Source: an uncultured Bacteroidales bacterium (lineage in GTDB: Bacteria > Bacteroidota > Bacteroidia > Bacteroidales > B18-G4). From it: a stretch of 64,000 bases of DNA. The stretch's first letter is position 1, and each line of letters starts with the position of its first letter. The stretch covers positions 3,452-67,451 of the forward strand of contig CAYOLA010000052.1 in assembly GCA_964404735.1 (NCBI GenBank), written 5' to 3'. The notes beneath the pieces are model-generated. The model worked only from the letters and a program-made list of their open reading frames with translations. It was not told where the DNA came from and made no database searches. A program made the position numbers and the translations under genes. This document shows positions 52,360-61,289 of the stretch, one piece after another.

Positions 52360-52932
52360 ATGAGATTAAGCGAATCATGTTACCAGGATGCGGATGTGGT
52401 TATGCTGGCGCGATGGTTCCTCGGAAAAATACTCCTGACGAATATTGATGGCCACATCACTGCCGGCATCATCACCGAAACTGAAGCATATGCCGGCACC
52501 GGCGACCGGGCCTCGCATGCCTGGGGAGGACGCAGGAGCAGTCGCACCGCTCCCATGTATATGGCCGGTGGCGTGGCCTATGTCTACCTCATCTACGGGA
52601 TATATTCCCTGTTCAATATCGTGACCGGCCCGGCCGGGATCCCGCATGCAGTGTTGGTGCGCGCAATAAAGCCGATCGAAGGCATCGGCATCATGCACGA
52701 AAGACGCAAATGGTATAAGGAAAAAGGACTGGCCGACGGGCCCGGCAAACTGGCCATGGCCATGGGCATTGCCTGCGTTGATTCAGGCATCCCGCTTTGT
52801 GAGAACAGGATATGGATCGAAGACCGCGGCATCGTACCCGCTGCAGCAGAGATCGATTCCGGCCCCCGGATCGGTGTTGATTATGCAGGCAAGGATGCCC
52901 TGTTGCCATACCGGTTCATCTATAAACCATAA
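52360..52932 (+). CDS. DNA-3-methyladenine glycosylase (MPG/AAG family)
   Basis: ITETEAY, YVYLIYG, AVLVRA, GPGKL, PRIGV. Confidence 0.94.
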   Translation: MRLSESCYQDADVVMLARWFLGKILLTNIDGHITAGIITETEAYAGTGDRASHAWGGRRSSRTAPMYMAGGVAYVYLIYGIYSLFNIVTGPAGIPHAVLVRAIKPIEGIGIMHERRKWYKEKGLADGPGKLAMAMGIACVDSGIPLCENRIWIEDRGIVPAAAEIDSGPRIGVDYAGKDALLPYRFIYKP

Positions 52933-52940
52933 AACAGGAT

Positions 52941-52974
52941 AAAAAAAAGGCCGCCTTGCGGGCAGCCTTCTTTT
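52941..52974. terminator. Bidirectional terminator between the MPG and HU genes
   Basis: A8, GC-rich stem, T-tract between convergent genes. Confidence 0.75.
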
Positions 52975-52989
52975 CCGAATTACGGTTTG

Positions 52990-53262
52990 TTATTTAACCG
53001 TATTTGAAAGTTCGTTACCAGGTTTGAATTTTACCACCTTCTTGGCAGCAATCTTGATTTCTTTACCTGTTTGGGGGTTTCTGCCTTTCCGGGCAGCACG
53101 TTTTGAAACGCCAAATGTTCCGAAGCCCACGAGGGCAACGCGATCACCTTTTTTGAGAGCACCGGTGGTGGCGCCTACGAATGCTTCAAGAGCCCTTTTG
53201 GCATCAGCCTTGGTCAGACCAGCATTGGCTGCAATGGCATCAATTAATTCTGCTTTATTCAT
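52990..53262 (-). CDS. hup: DNA-binding protein HU
   Basis: [23 protein letters not shown]. Confidence 0.97.
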   Translation of the reverse strand: MNKAELIDAIAANAGLTKADAKRALEAFVGATTGALKKGDRVALVGFGTFGVSKRAARKGRNPQTGKEIKIAAKKVVKFKPGNELSNTVK

Positions 53263-53468
53263 ACTGCAACAATTTTAAATTAATAAATGATTTTGATGTA
53301 AATGTTTTTAAACACTAACAAATATAAGGGTTTTCGAAATAATGTCAAGGATTTGAAGCCTAAATCGGCTAAAATGTTGATAAAAGGGTGCATTTGTTAA
53401 TAACTCCACTCCAAAACGCCCTGTTGGCAGGCATTTTAACGAACTTACAGGCATTTCAGGGTACTCAC

Positions 53469-54425
53469 CTATGAAGCAGGGTTCAGCCCGGCCAGGAAAC
53501 GTTCTGCCGTCATCCTATTCTTTCCGGCCTGTTGCAGTTCCAGCAGCGACAAACAACCTTCACCGCATTTGACGTGAAGATAACTTTTATTGTCGCTGAA
53601 AACCTCACCGGGTTTCCCGGGCAAATGCAGGCCACAGCACAATTCTGTCCGGAAGATCTTGAGGTTCCTCATTCGCCCGGCCAGCATCAGTTCGGTATAG
53701 GCACCGGGGTCCGGGCTGAGGCCCCGAACCTGGTTATGTATATCCGCAGCAGGCCTGTTCCAGTCGATCCGGCAATCATCCCGGCCGATCTTGGGCGCTG
53801 TTTTCAGCGCTTCACCGGGCAAAGCCAGGGCTTCCTGGGGAATCAGGTGAAGACTGCCCGACTGCAATGCATCGATAGTTTTTAAAAGAAGTTGCGCACC
53901 CATCAGTTTAAGCCGGTCGTGGTATTCACCGGCAGTTTCATCCCTGCCAATGATCGTTTCCTCCCTGAAAGCGATCCTGCCGGTATCGACCTCCTGCTGA
54001 AGAAAAAAGCTGGTGACCCCGCCCCTGTGCTCACCATTCATGATGGTACGGTTGATGGGCGCCGCACCGCGATATTGCGGCAAAAGAGAAGCGTGAATAT
54101 TGATGGTTCCCTTTTCGGGCATCGACCAAACCACTTCGGGTAAAATCCTGAAAGCCACCACTACAAAAAGATCAGCCCGGTATGAAGCCAGTGATGAAAT
54201 AAAGCGGGGGTCTTTCAGATTTTCAGGCTGCAGCAGGGGAATCCCTTCCCTGATTGCATACTGTTTCACCGGTGAAGCTTTCAGCCTGCGACCCCGTCCC
54301 GCAGGCTTGTCCGAAGCAGTTACCACCGCACATACGTTATGGCCATGTTTCAGCAGGGCCTCCAGCGAAGCCAGGGCAAAATCGGGAGTTCCCATAAATA
54401 CGATCCGTATGTCCGAAGCGGCCAT
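53469..54425 (-). CDS. fmt: Methionyl-tRNA formyltransferase
   Basis: FMGTPDFA, NIHASLLPQYRGAAPI, APKI. Confidence 0.96.
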   Translation of the reverse strand: MAASDIRIVFMGTPDFALASLEALLKHGHNVCAVVTASDKPAGRGRRLKASPVKQYAIREGIPLLQPENLKDPRFISSLASYRADLFVVVAFRILPEVVWSMPEKGTINIHASLLPQYRGAAPINRTIMNGEHRGGVTSFFLQQEVDTGRIAFREETIIGRDETAGEYHDRLKLMGAQLLLKTIDALQSGSLHLIPQEALALPGEALKTAPKIGRDDCRIDWNRPAADIHNQVRGLSPDPGAYTELMLAGRMRNLKIFRTELCCGLHLPGKPGEVFSDNKSYLHVKCGEGCLSLLELQQAGKNRMTAERFLAGLNPAS

Positions 54426-54448
54426 ATACAGTTTTGGGGCATAAATTT

Positions 54449-54479
54449 AAAAAAAATACCCGGTGGGGATGACCGGGTA
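54449..54479 (-). terminator. Intrinsic terminator after the TPR gene
   Basis: TACCCGGT/ACCGGGTA stem followed by T8 on the minus strand. Confidence 0.75.
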
Positions 54480-54502
54480 ATTCTTATCAATGAATAAATA
54501 AA

Positions 54503-55201
54503 CTATTCTTTTTCCTTCTCGATCAGGCGACTGACCCTTGCAATGTTCCTTTCAATGGTACGCGCCTCAGCACTGCGGAAATACTCCTTGTATATCCGGT
54601 CATAGACCCTTAGTGCTTCTTTGTAATCGCCCAGCAGTTCATAGGTCATCCCGGCCCGGTATAGGTACATGGGCGTTGTAAAATCATTGAGGTTCTCATT
54701 GGCGGCACGCATATAATAACGGACTGCAGTCCTCATGTCGTCAAGTTCCATATAGGCATCGCCAAGGGTGCCCAGTGCCATGGGGCCGATAACTTTATCA
54801 GCGGGATCATATTTTTCCAGGTGCGTGATGGCTTCCTCATAATCGCCCAGTTTCATGAAGCATATACCGGCATAGTAACGTGCTAGATTACCGGTTTTGG
54901 TGCGGCCGTAATCATCTATGATATCAAGAAAGCCGGGTGCATTGCCGTCACCGTATAATGCCCTGTTCAGCGAATCCATCTCAAAGTATTTCTGTGCGGT
55001 AAAGATCTGCTCCTGGGCATTGATATTACGCGGATTTACAATAAAACGCTGGTAACCGAAATATCCAAGAACCACGAGGATGACCCCCATGATGACATAG
55101 GTGATGATCTTCTGGTTCCTTTCAATAAATCGTTCGGTCTTGCCTAATGCTTCTTCAACGGCAACAAGCCTTTCGTCGCCTGAACTTTTCTTTTTTGCCA
55201 T
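54503..55201 (-). CDS. Membrane-anchored TPR protein (YfgM-like)
   Basis: ATG at 55201; TM helix; ALYGDG..GFLDIIDDY..TKTGNLA; TPRs. Confidence 0.85.
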   Translation of the reverse strand: MAKKKSSGDERLVAVEEALGKTERFIERNQKIITYVIMGVILVVLGYFGYQRFIVNPRNINAQEQIFTAQKYFEMDSLNRALYGDGNAPGFLDIIDDYGRTKTGNLARYYAGICFMKLGDYEEAITHLEKYDPADKVIGPMALGTLGDAYMELDDMRTAVRYYMRAANENLNDFTTPMYLYRAGMTYELLGDYKEALRVYDRIYKEYFRSAEARTIERNIARVSRLIEKEKE

Positions 55202-55419
55202 GGGCGTATCGGTTTTTTGTGGTGCAAAAGTAATTTTTTTATCTGAATGACAGATCAATGTCCTGCAAAATTTTACAAATCCCTGTATCACTTGTAAAAT
55301 AAAGGCTCCGCAAGCGCGGTTGCGACAATCCAAAAAATGTATTTTTGTATTTGAATGAAAGCCAAAAGGCCGGATCCGACCATATAGCCCGGCCGGCAAA
55401 GGAACAAGCATACAGTCCG

Positions 55420-56106
55420 ATGCATATTGAAGTAAAAAGAAAGCTGGCGCGATACCTGGAAGGTTTTATCTCGGAAAATAAGGCAACGCTTTTCAACAGC
55501 CTCATCCGGCAAAGGACAAGACATATCACCATTGTGCTGGAAGATATTTACCAATCGCAGAATGCCAGTGCAGTGCTCCGCAGTTGCGATTGTTTCGGCA
55601 TCCAGGATGTACATATTATCGAAAACAAAAACCCTTATACGGTCAATCGGGATGTTACGCTGGGAGCGACCAAATGGCTCAACCTGAAAAGATATAATAA
55701 AAAGGCCGAAAATACTGCAGATTGCTACAATCATCTCAAAAAATATGGTTACAGGATCATTGCCACCAGTCCGCACAGGGGAAATACCATGCTTCACGAT
55801 ATCAGCATCAGCCATAAGCTGGCCCTGGTCTTTGGCACCGAACTCGAAGGGCTTTCTGAATATGCGCTTAAACATGCCGACGGCTATGTCAAAATCCCCA
55901 TGTACGGATTCACCGAAAGTTTTAACATTTCAGTATCGGCGGCCATTATCCTGCACCACCTCACCGAAAAAATGAGGATATCCGATATCGATTGGGGGCT
56001 GAACGAGGAAGAAATGCTCGACACCAGGATCGCCTGGATGAAAAAAGTACTTGCCAGGCCTGCGCTGATCATTCATGAGTTTTTGCAAAAGGAAGGACGT
56101 GAATGA
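55420..56106 (+). CDS. trmH: SpoU/TrmH RNA methyltransferase
   Basis: EDIYQSQNASAVLRSCD, FGTELEG, IPMYGFTESFNISVS. Confidence 0.88.
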   Translation: MHIEVKRKLARYLEGFISENKATLFNSLIRQRTRHITIVLEDIYQSQNASAVLRSCDCFGIQDVHIIENKNPYTVNRDVTLGATKWLNLKRYNKKAENTADCYNHLKKYGYRIIATSPHRGNTMLHDISISHKLALVFGTELEGLSEYALKHADGYVKIPMYGFTESFNISVSAAIILHHLTEKMRISDIDWGLNEEEMLDTRIAWMKKVLARPALIIHEFLQKEGRE

Positions 56107-56170
56107 AGGAAAACAATTCAAATTTTTCATATCTTTACGGGAAATAATGTTCTTATAAAAATATTGACCC

Positions 56171-56587
56171 ATGGGAAAAGGTGACAAAAAGACTAAAAGA
56201 GGCAAGATCATCAGGGGTAGTTATGGTGTTTTGCGCCCCAGGAAAAAGAAAAACGCAAACCCGGCTGAAGAAACAAAAAAAACAAAGAAGAAAACTCCAG
56301 TCAGGGCTGCAGTAGAAGAAAAAAAGACAAAAAAGGCAGCGGCACCCGTCAAAAAAGCAGAAGATAAGCCGGTTGTGGAGGCTGCAGCCATTGAGGAACA
56401 ATCAAAAGAAGCCACAGCAGGCAGCAAAGTAAAAAAAGCCGAAGAGGTCAAGGATGAAAAGCCCGTAAAAGAGGAAGAAAAAGTTTCGGAAAAGAAAACT
56501 GCCAAAGCCGGCACAAAAAAGGAAACAACCAAAGAAAAAAAGGAGGATGAACCTGAAACTCCTGAAGAAAAGCAGGGCAACAACTAG
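56171..56587 (+). CDS. 30S ribosomal protein bTHX with a long Lys/Glu/Ala-rich tail
   Basis: MGKGDKKTKRGKIIRGSYGVLRPRK signature. Confidence 0.88.
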   Translation: MGKGDKKTKRGKIIRGSYGVLRPRKKKNANPAEETKKTKKKTPVRAAVEEKKTKKAAAPVKKAEDKPVVEAAAIEEQSKEATAGSKVKKAEEVKDEKPVKEEEKVSEKKTAKAGTKKETTKEKKEDEPETPEEKQGNN

Positions 56588-56630
56588 AGATCAGAAACCC
56601 GAATACCTGCTTTATGAAGATGGCAGCCGA

Positions 56631-58010
56631 CTAAAAGCCGGTTGCCATTTTTTTGAATACCTCACCACGTTCCTCAAAATTGGCAAACATCCCATAGCTC
56701 GCCGCAGCCGGCGAAAGCAGGCAGGTATCGCCGGGTTTAAGCACCTTTTTGGCATAAGTAAAAACTGCATCCATATCCATGGCGAAAACACAATGGCTCT
56801 TCCCCTCCAGCGGCCCGGCAAAAAGCCGTTGCATCCTTTGTCCCGCGGGACCCATAAATACGATGTGCGGTACCGTACAGGCCTTCAGTCCGTCAAGTAA
56901 AACAGTATAGTCAAGCCCGCGATCATATCCGCCCAGGATGAGGAGGTCGGCACCATCCAGCGTCCGGAGGGCTTCGATGGTTGCCTCGGGAATGGTGGCT
57001 ATGGAATCATTATAGAAGAAAACGCCCCCGAACGAACCGGCAAATTCAAGACGGTGCGGAAGCCTTTTATATGTTGTCAGACCTTTTTCAATCTCTTCGG
57101 GCTTTACACCCTTTACAAGACAGGCAAGAATGGCAGCCATCACATTCCGGATATTGTGCCTGCCCGGCAGGTCTTTTGCCTGCAACACACTGAAGCGATG
57201 CACCTGACCCTTCAGATCGCGGCAGCATATTTGATCCTGTTCGATGTAAGCCATGGACTCACGGTCATGGCCAAGGGTGAACGGCAGCAAAGCTCCTCCG
57301 GGATTTTCCTTTGCCAACAGTTCGCCAATAACAGGATCATCCGCATTATAGATGAGCCTTCCTTCCCTTTCCTGCATCAGGCGGATATTGAACTTGGCCA
57401 TTTTGTATGCGGTGAAGTCCTTGTAATGGTCAAGGTGCTCGGGGAAGATATTCAGCAAAATGGCCGTTTGCGGGGCCAGACTGATATGTTCAAGCTGGTG
57501 CGATGACATTTCAAAGACCACTTCCGTATCCGGGCCAATATCCCCGGCCAGGTCGAAAGGCGGGATGCCGATATTTCCGCTGAGCACCGCCCTGCAGCCT
57601 GCGCCCAGCAAAATATGATGAATGAGGGTTGTGGTGGTGCTCTTGCCCTTGGTGCCGGTCACCCCGGTCACACGGCCTGAAAAGGCCTGCAGAAAGAGAT
57701 CGGTCTGGGAGCTTATCATGGCTTTGCCGTAGCGGCCTGCAAGCAGGCTGAAAGGTATGCCGGGCGATTTGATCACCAGATCCGGATCATCGCAGCCTTC
57801 CAGATAATCTTCACCCGTATGAAGTTGCACATCGTGATCACCGGCCAGCCAGGGAACCCTTTCCTGCAGGCCCGGGTCGCGGTCGGCAATGCTGATCACG
57901 GAGCATGGAAAAAATGAACGTAACAGCCGGTAGGTCGATTGTCCTTCCCTTCCAAAACCGAGGATCATAATCCTCTTGCCATCCAGCAACGCCTTGATCC
58001 TGTCAGCCAT
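56631..58010 (-). CDS. murD: UDP-MurNAc-L-Ala--glutamate ligase, probably L-Glu-specific MurD2
   Basis: GFGREG, VTGTKGKSTT, SSHQ, EHLD, YNDSIAT.P, LSPAAAS; coupled to murL. Confidence 0.9.
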   Translation of the reverse strand: MADRIKALLDGKRIMILGFGREGQSTYRLLRSFFPCSVISIADRDPGLQERVPWLAGDHDVQLHTGEDYLEGCDDPDLVIKSPGIPFSLLAGRYGKAMISSQTDLFLQAFSGRVTGVTGTKGKSTTTTLIHHILLGAGCRAVLSGNIGIPPFDLAGDIGPDTEVVFEMSSHQLEHISLAPQTAILLNIFPEHLDHYKDFTAYKMAKFNIRLMQEREGRLIYNADDPVIGELLAKENPGGALLPFTLGHDRESMAYIEQDQICCRDLKGQVHRFSVLQAKDLPGRHNIRNVMAAILACLVKGVKPEEIEKGLTTYKRLPHRLEFAGSFGGVFFYNDSIATIPEATIEALRTLDGADLLILGGYDRGLDYTVLLDGLKACTVPHIVFMGPAGQRMQRLFAGPLEGKSHCVFAMDMDAVFTYAKKVLKPGDTCLLSPAAASYGMFANFEERGEVFKKMATGF

Positions 58011-59376
58011 GCAATGCTTTTTTCAAAAGGTTAATATATGGTTCACCCGGAAGGTTATTTTCAGAAAACTCATTGAGCAGCGCCGGAAAGCTGACCATAT
58101 TTTCACCGGCAAAAGGCATTTTTCCGAGGTAATACCTTATCAGTCCGGGCATTTCATCATCCCCGAATGAACCGGCGGCATAAACGAGGGCAGCATTTAC
58201 CTCGTCGGTGCGGCCCACACACTCGAACGGCTTTTCACCGAACCGGCCAATCAGTTGATCAAGCAAACCCGCCAGGGAAACATCATCAAACAGGTCACGG
58301 CCAAAAATTTCCACCAGCTTCCGGTGTCCCAGAAAAGGAAAAAGAATGATAAAGGTAAAGAGGCATTTCGGACACTTCCCGCACCAGCGGTCGTGCCTGC
58401 TGCCAACATTACAGCTTCTGAACAGCATATGATGCTGCGGAAATTCGGCAAACAACTTCGCGATCTGCAATTCATTCAGCGGGCGAAGGAAACTGTAGTA
58501 GCGGATGCCGGGGCTGATGCATCTTTCCATATATTCCCTGAAATCATTTTCAAATTCAAGGGTTTTTGAATACTGGTGGTTGATGCTGGTATCAGCAACG
58601 GTCGGCTCGTTGGCACTCGACTCGTTCGACAGGGCGACTTCACCCATTTTGTATAGCATGGCGGCCATGGCAGAAGCAAATGCCAGCATGGCGCTGAACG
58701 GCGTATGGCCATTCAGAAAACCCATTTCATTAAGTTCCAGCAGTTGCGGGTGTATCTCCCTTCGCATCACCACCATGTCATCCTTGCCAAAACCGGCTTC
58801 ATGAGCCGTTCTGAGGCTTGCCGGTCGCGGGTTGACAATAAAGGGCCTGCAGGGCTTCAGGCGGGGTAAAAGCTCGAGTGTGACAACCGAATCCTTTCCG
58901 CCGCCCACCGGCACCAGTATCCCTTCGCCTGCCGCAAAGGCATCAGGCCTTGCAAGAGCGTCCGAAACAGGCTTTATGCTGATAAAATCAGCGGAAGGGA
59001 ATATGCCGTTGGTATGAAAGAACTCCCCCAGCCCGTTCAGGTACAGCTTCTTCCACCAGTCAAGCTGCCATGGGTCGAGCGATGAAGCCTCAACGATCAG
59101 TAAGGGCGGACAAGCAGCCTTCCAGTAACTCAGCAGCTCCACCATTCCCATATTGAAAACCAGGTTCCTGAAAAGGGAGGATGCTAAAATGTCCGGGTTG
59201 AAGGCAGCCGGCAATGAAAGAAATATCCTTGGGGAAAAACTGAATTGCCCCCCCATATCAAAGTCAAAGGAAATTTCTAACTGCTTATTTACCAGGCGAT
59301 AATTAAATTCCTTGTAAATAAAATAAGGATACTTTTTACGTAAATCATGATATAATTCTTCACCAACTGCTCCCAT
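58003..59376 (-). CDS. murL: UDP-MurNAc-L-Ala-L-Glu epimerase MurL
   Basis: SYWKAACP, GGGKDS, NGHTPFS, SNESSANE, NHQYSK, FRSCN, WCGKCPKC, KPFECVG. Confidence 0.88.
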   Translation of the reverse strand: MGAVGEELYHDLRKKYPYFIYKEFNYRLVNKQLEISFDFDMGGQFSFSPRIFLSLPAAFNPDILASSLFRNLVFNMGMVELLSYWKAACPPLLIVEASSLDPWQLDWWKKLYLNGLGEFFHTNGIFPSADFISIKPVSDALARPDAFAAGEGILVPVGGGKDSVVTLELLPRLKPCRPFIVNPRPASLRTAHEAGFGKDDMVVMRREIHPQLLELNEMGFLNGHTPFSAMLAFASAMAAMLYKMGEVALSNESSANEPTVADTSINHQYSKTLEFENDFREYMERCISPGIRYYSFLRPLNELQIAKLFAEFPQHHMLFRSCNVGSRHDRWCGKCPKCLFTFIILFPFLGHRKLVEIFGRDLFDDVSLAGLLDQLIGRFGEKPFECVGRTDEVNAALVYAAGSFGDDEMPGLIRYYLGKMPFAGENMVSFPALLNEFSENNLPGEPYINLLKKALHG

Positions 59377-59443
59377 TTGGCTTGTCTGGTATTATTTTTG
59401 TAATTTAGTAGTCAAAGGTAAAACTTTTGTAAATATTGCCTAA

Positions 59444-60034
59444 ATGACCGATATCAACAAAATAATCAATATCAGGACCAATGACCTGAAGCCTGACAGG
59501 GGTACCATCCTCATTTCGGAACCGCTGCTGGCCGACAACTATTTTAAGCGGTCGGTGGTATTGCTTGCCGGTCATGAAAAGGAAGGTTCTTTTGGCGTTA
59601 TCATGAATAAACCCCTCGACAATAAATTCAATGAAATTGTGGCTGATTTCCCTGATTTCGACGGACAATTGTTTCTTGGGGGGCCTGTTCACAACTCCAG
59701 CCTATTTTTCATCCACACCATGGGCGATCTGATCGGCGACAGCCTGGAAATCATGGACGGGCTATACTGGGGAGGCGACCTGCAAGCAGTTAAAGAACTC
59801 TTGTTGCTAAAAAAACTGAGTCCGGAACAAATCCGCTTCTATATCGGTTATTCGGGCTGGGCCAGCAGGCAGCTTGACGATGAGTTGAAGCGAAACTCAT
59901 GGCTTGTTTCCCGTTTGCCGGCACCAATACTCATGAACACCAGCCCGCTAAGCCTCTGGGAACTTGCACTTCAGGATCTTGGCAGCGAATATTCCTATTG
60001 GTCAAACTTCCCTGTCGACCCGCAGATGAATTAA
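59444..60034 (+). CDS. YqgE/AlgH family protein
   Basis: F.RSVVLL, GGPV, GYSGW...QL..E....W. Confidence 0.92.
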   Translation: MTDINKIINIRTNDLKPDRGTILISEPLLADNYFKRSVVLLAGHEKEGSFGVIMNKPLDNKFNEIVADFPDFDGQLFLGGPVHNSSLFFIHTMGDLIGDSLEIMDGLYWGGDLQAVKELLLLKKLSPEQIRFYIGYSGWASRQLDDELKRNSWLVSRLPAPILMNTSPLSLWELALQDLGSEYSYWSNFPVDPQMN

Positions 60035-60046
60035 TTCCCCCACCTT

Positions 60047-60385
60047 TCATCCACCTGACAGCTTAACACAATAACCTTCTTCTTTCAGTATTGCCATCAC
60101 CTTTTCGCGCTGATCGCCCTGTATCATCATTTCCCCGTCTTTGACCGTACCGCCAACGCCACAAGCAGATTTGAGCCTGCGGCCCAGTTCTTCCATTCCT
60201 TCCGCAGGACCTTTGTAGCCTTTTACCACCGTAAGTTTCTTATTGCCTTTCAGCCTGAGCAGGTGTATCCGCAGCTCCTGCGCTCCGGGTGGCAATCCGG
60301 CTTTTTCAGCCTCATCTCCCCAGTCATAATGATAATCAGGATCAGTGGAATAGACAATGCCACGGGGTCTTTTTTTCGCTGTCAT
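60047..60385 (-). CDS. SUI1/YciH translation initiation factor-like protein
   Basis: VYSTDPD, LKSACGVGGTVKDG.M.IQGD; ATG at 60385. Confidence 0.92.
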   Translation of the reverse strand: MTAKKRPRGIVYSTDPDYHYDWGDEAEKAGLPPGAQELRIHLLRLKGNKKLTVVKGYKGPAEGMEELGRRLKSACGVGGTVKDGEMMIQGDQREKVMAILKEEGYCVKLSGG

Positions 60386-60395
60386 ATACTGTCTT

Positions 60396-61289
60396 TTAAG
60401 GTACGATAATATTAAGCGATGCGGGTTGTATGGAGATCTGCAGTTTTTTTCCCAGTCGCACCGGTTCACCGTCAACATTCACGGTTTTGCCTTTTTTTCG
60501 CGAAACAGTGATCTCTTTTGCCTGGTATGTTTCCATATACCTCGACTGGTCGATCTTTTTCCTGAACATGAGCCGGGCTATGCCCGGAAAAGCCTTCAGC
60601 GGAGGTTTCTTTGCAATACAAACATCGATCAGGCCATCGGTGACAGATGCCTGCGGTGCGATCCGGGTATTATATCCGAACTGGCTTGAATTGGCAAAGC
60701 TGATAAAGAAGGCCGTAGCCCCGTATTCACTGCCGTCGAGAATAAGCTTGTATTTGCGGGGCGTATAGCCAAAGTACTCCCGCACCACAATGCGGGCGTA
60801 GGTAATAAAGCCGCGGCGGTTGCTTTTTGCAAAATGTCTGGCCACCCGCGCATCAAATCCAATGCCCGCGATACTGACAAAAAAGTGATCGTTTACCTTG
60901 CAGGTGTCGATCCGGATTATTCTGCCCTGATCGAGAACCCTGATGGCTTCTGCGGTTTTCATGGGTATACCGAGGTGGTGGGCAAGGCCGTTGCCGGATC
61001 CCGCCGGGATAATGCCAAGGATGGCATCGGTTCCGGCCAGTCGCGCAGCAACCTCATTCACGGTACCATCGCCTCCGGCCACCACAAAACGCCGTACTCC
61101 CTGTTTCAAGGCTTCATCAGCAGAAAGGGATGCATGCCCCGCATAGCGGGTTTCCTTTATCTGAAACGCATAATGCTGTCGGGCAGGGCTGCTTTCCAAC
61201 ATGGACGCAAAAGCCTTAAGATTTTTGCGGCGCACACCCGAAACAGGGTTAACCAGCACCATGACGCGTTCAGCTTTCCGTTCACTCAT
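60396..61289 (-). CDS. Diacylglycerol kinase family lipid kinase (YegS/DagK)
   Basis: NPVSG, GGDGTVNEV, GSGNGLA, GIGFDA, VDGE. Confidence 0.93.
   Translation of the reverse strand: MSERKAERVMVLVNPVSGVRRKNLKAFASMLESSPARQHYAFQIKETRYAGHASLSADEALKQGVRRFVVAGGDGTVNEVAARLAGTDAILGIIPAGSGNGLAHHLGIPMKTAEAIRVLDQGRIIRIDTCKVNDHFFVSIAGIGFDARVARHFAKSNRRGFITYARIVVREYFGYTPRKYKLILDGSEYGATAFFISFANSSQFGYNTRIAPQASVTDGLIDVCIAKKPPLKAFPGIARLMFRKKIDQSRYMETYQAKEITVSRKKGKTVNVDGEPVRLGKKLQISIQPASLNIIVP

Noticed and set aside
55202-55419. Overlapping divergent ORF extensions of the TPR and trmH genes
   Set aside because: They are artefacts of upstream TTG starts; the region is a divergent promoter with TAnnTTTG-like elements.
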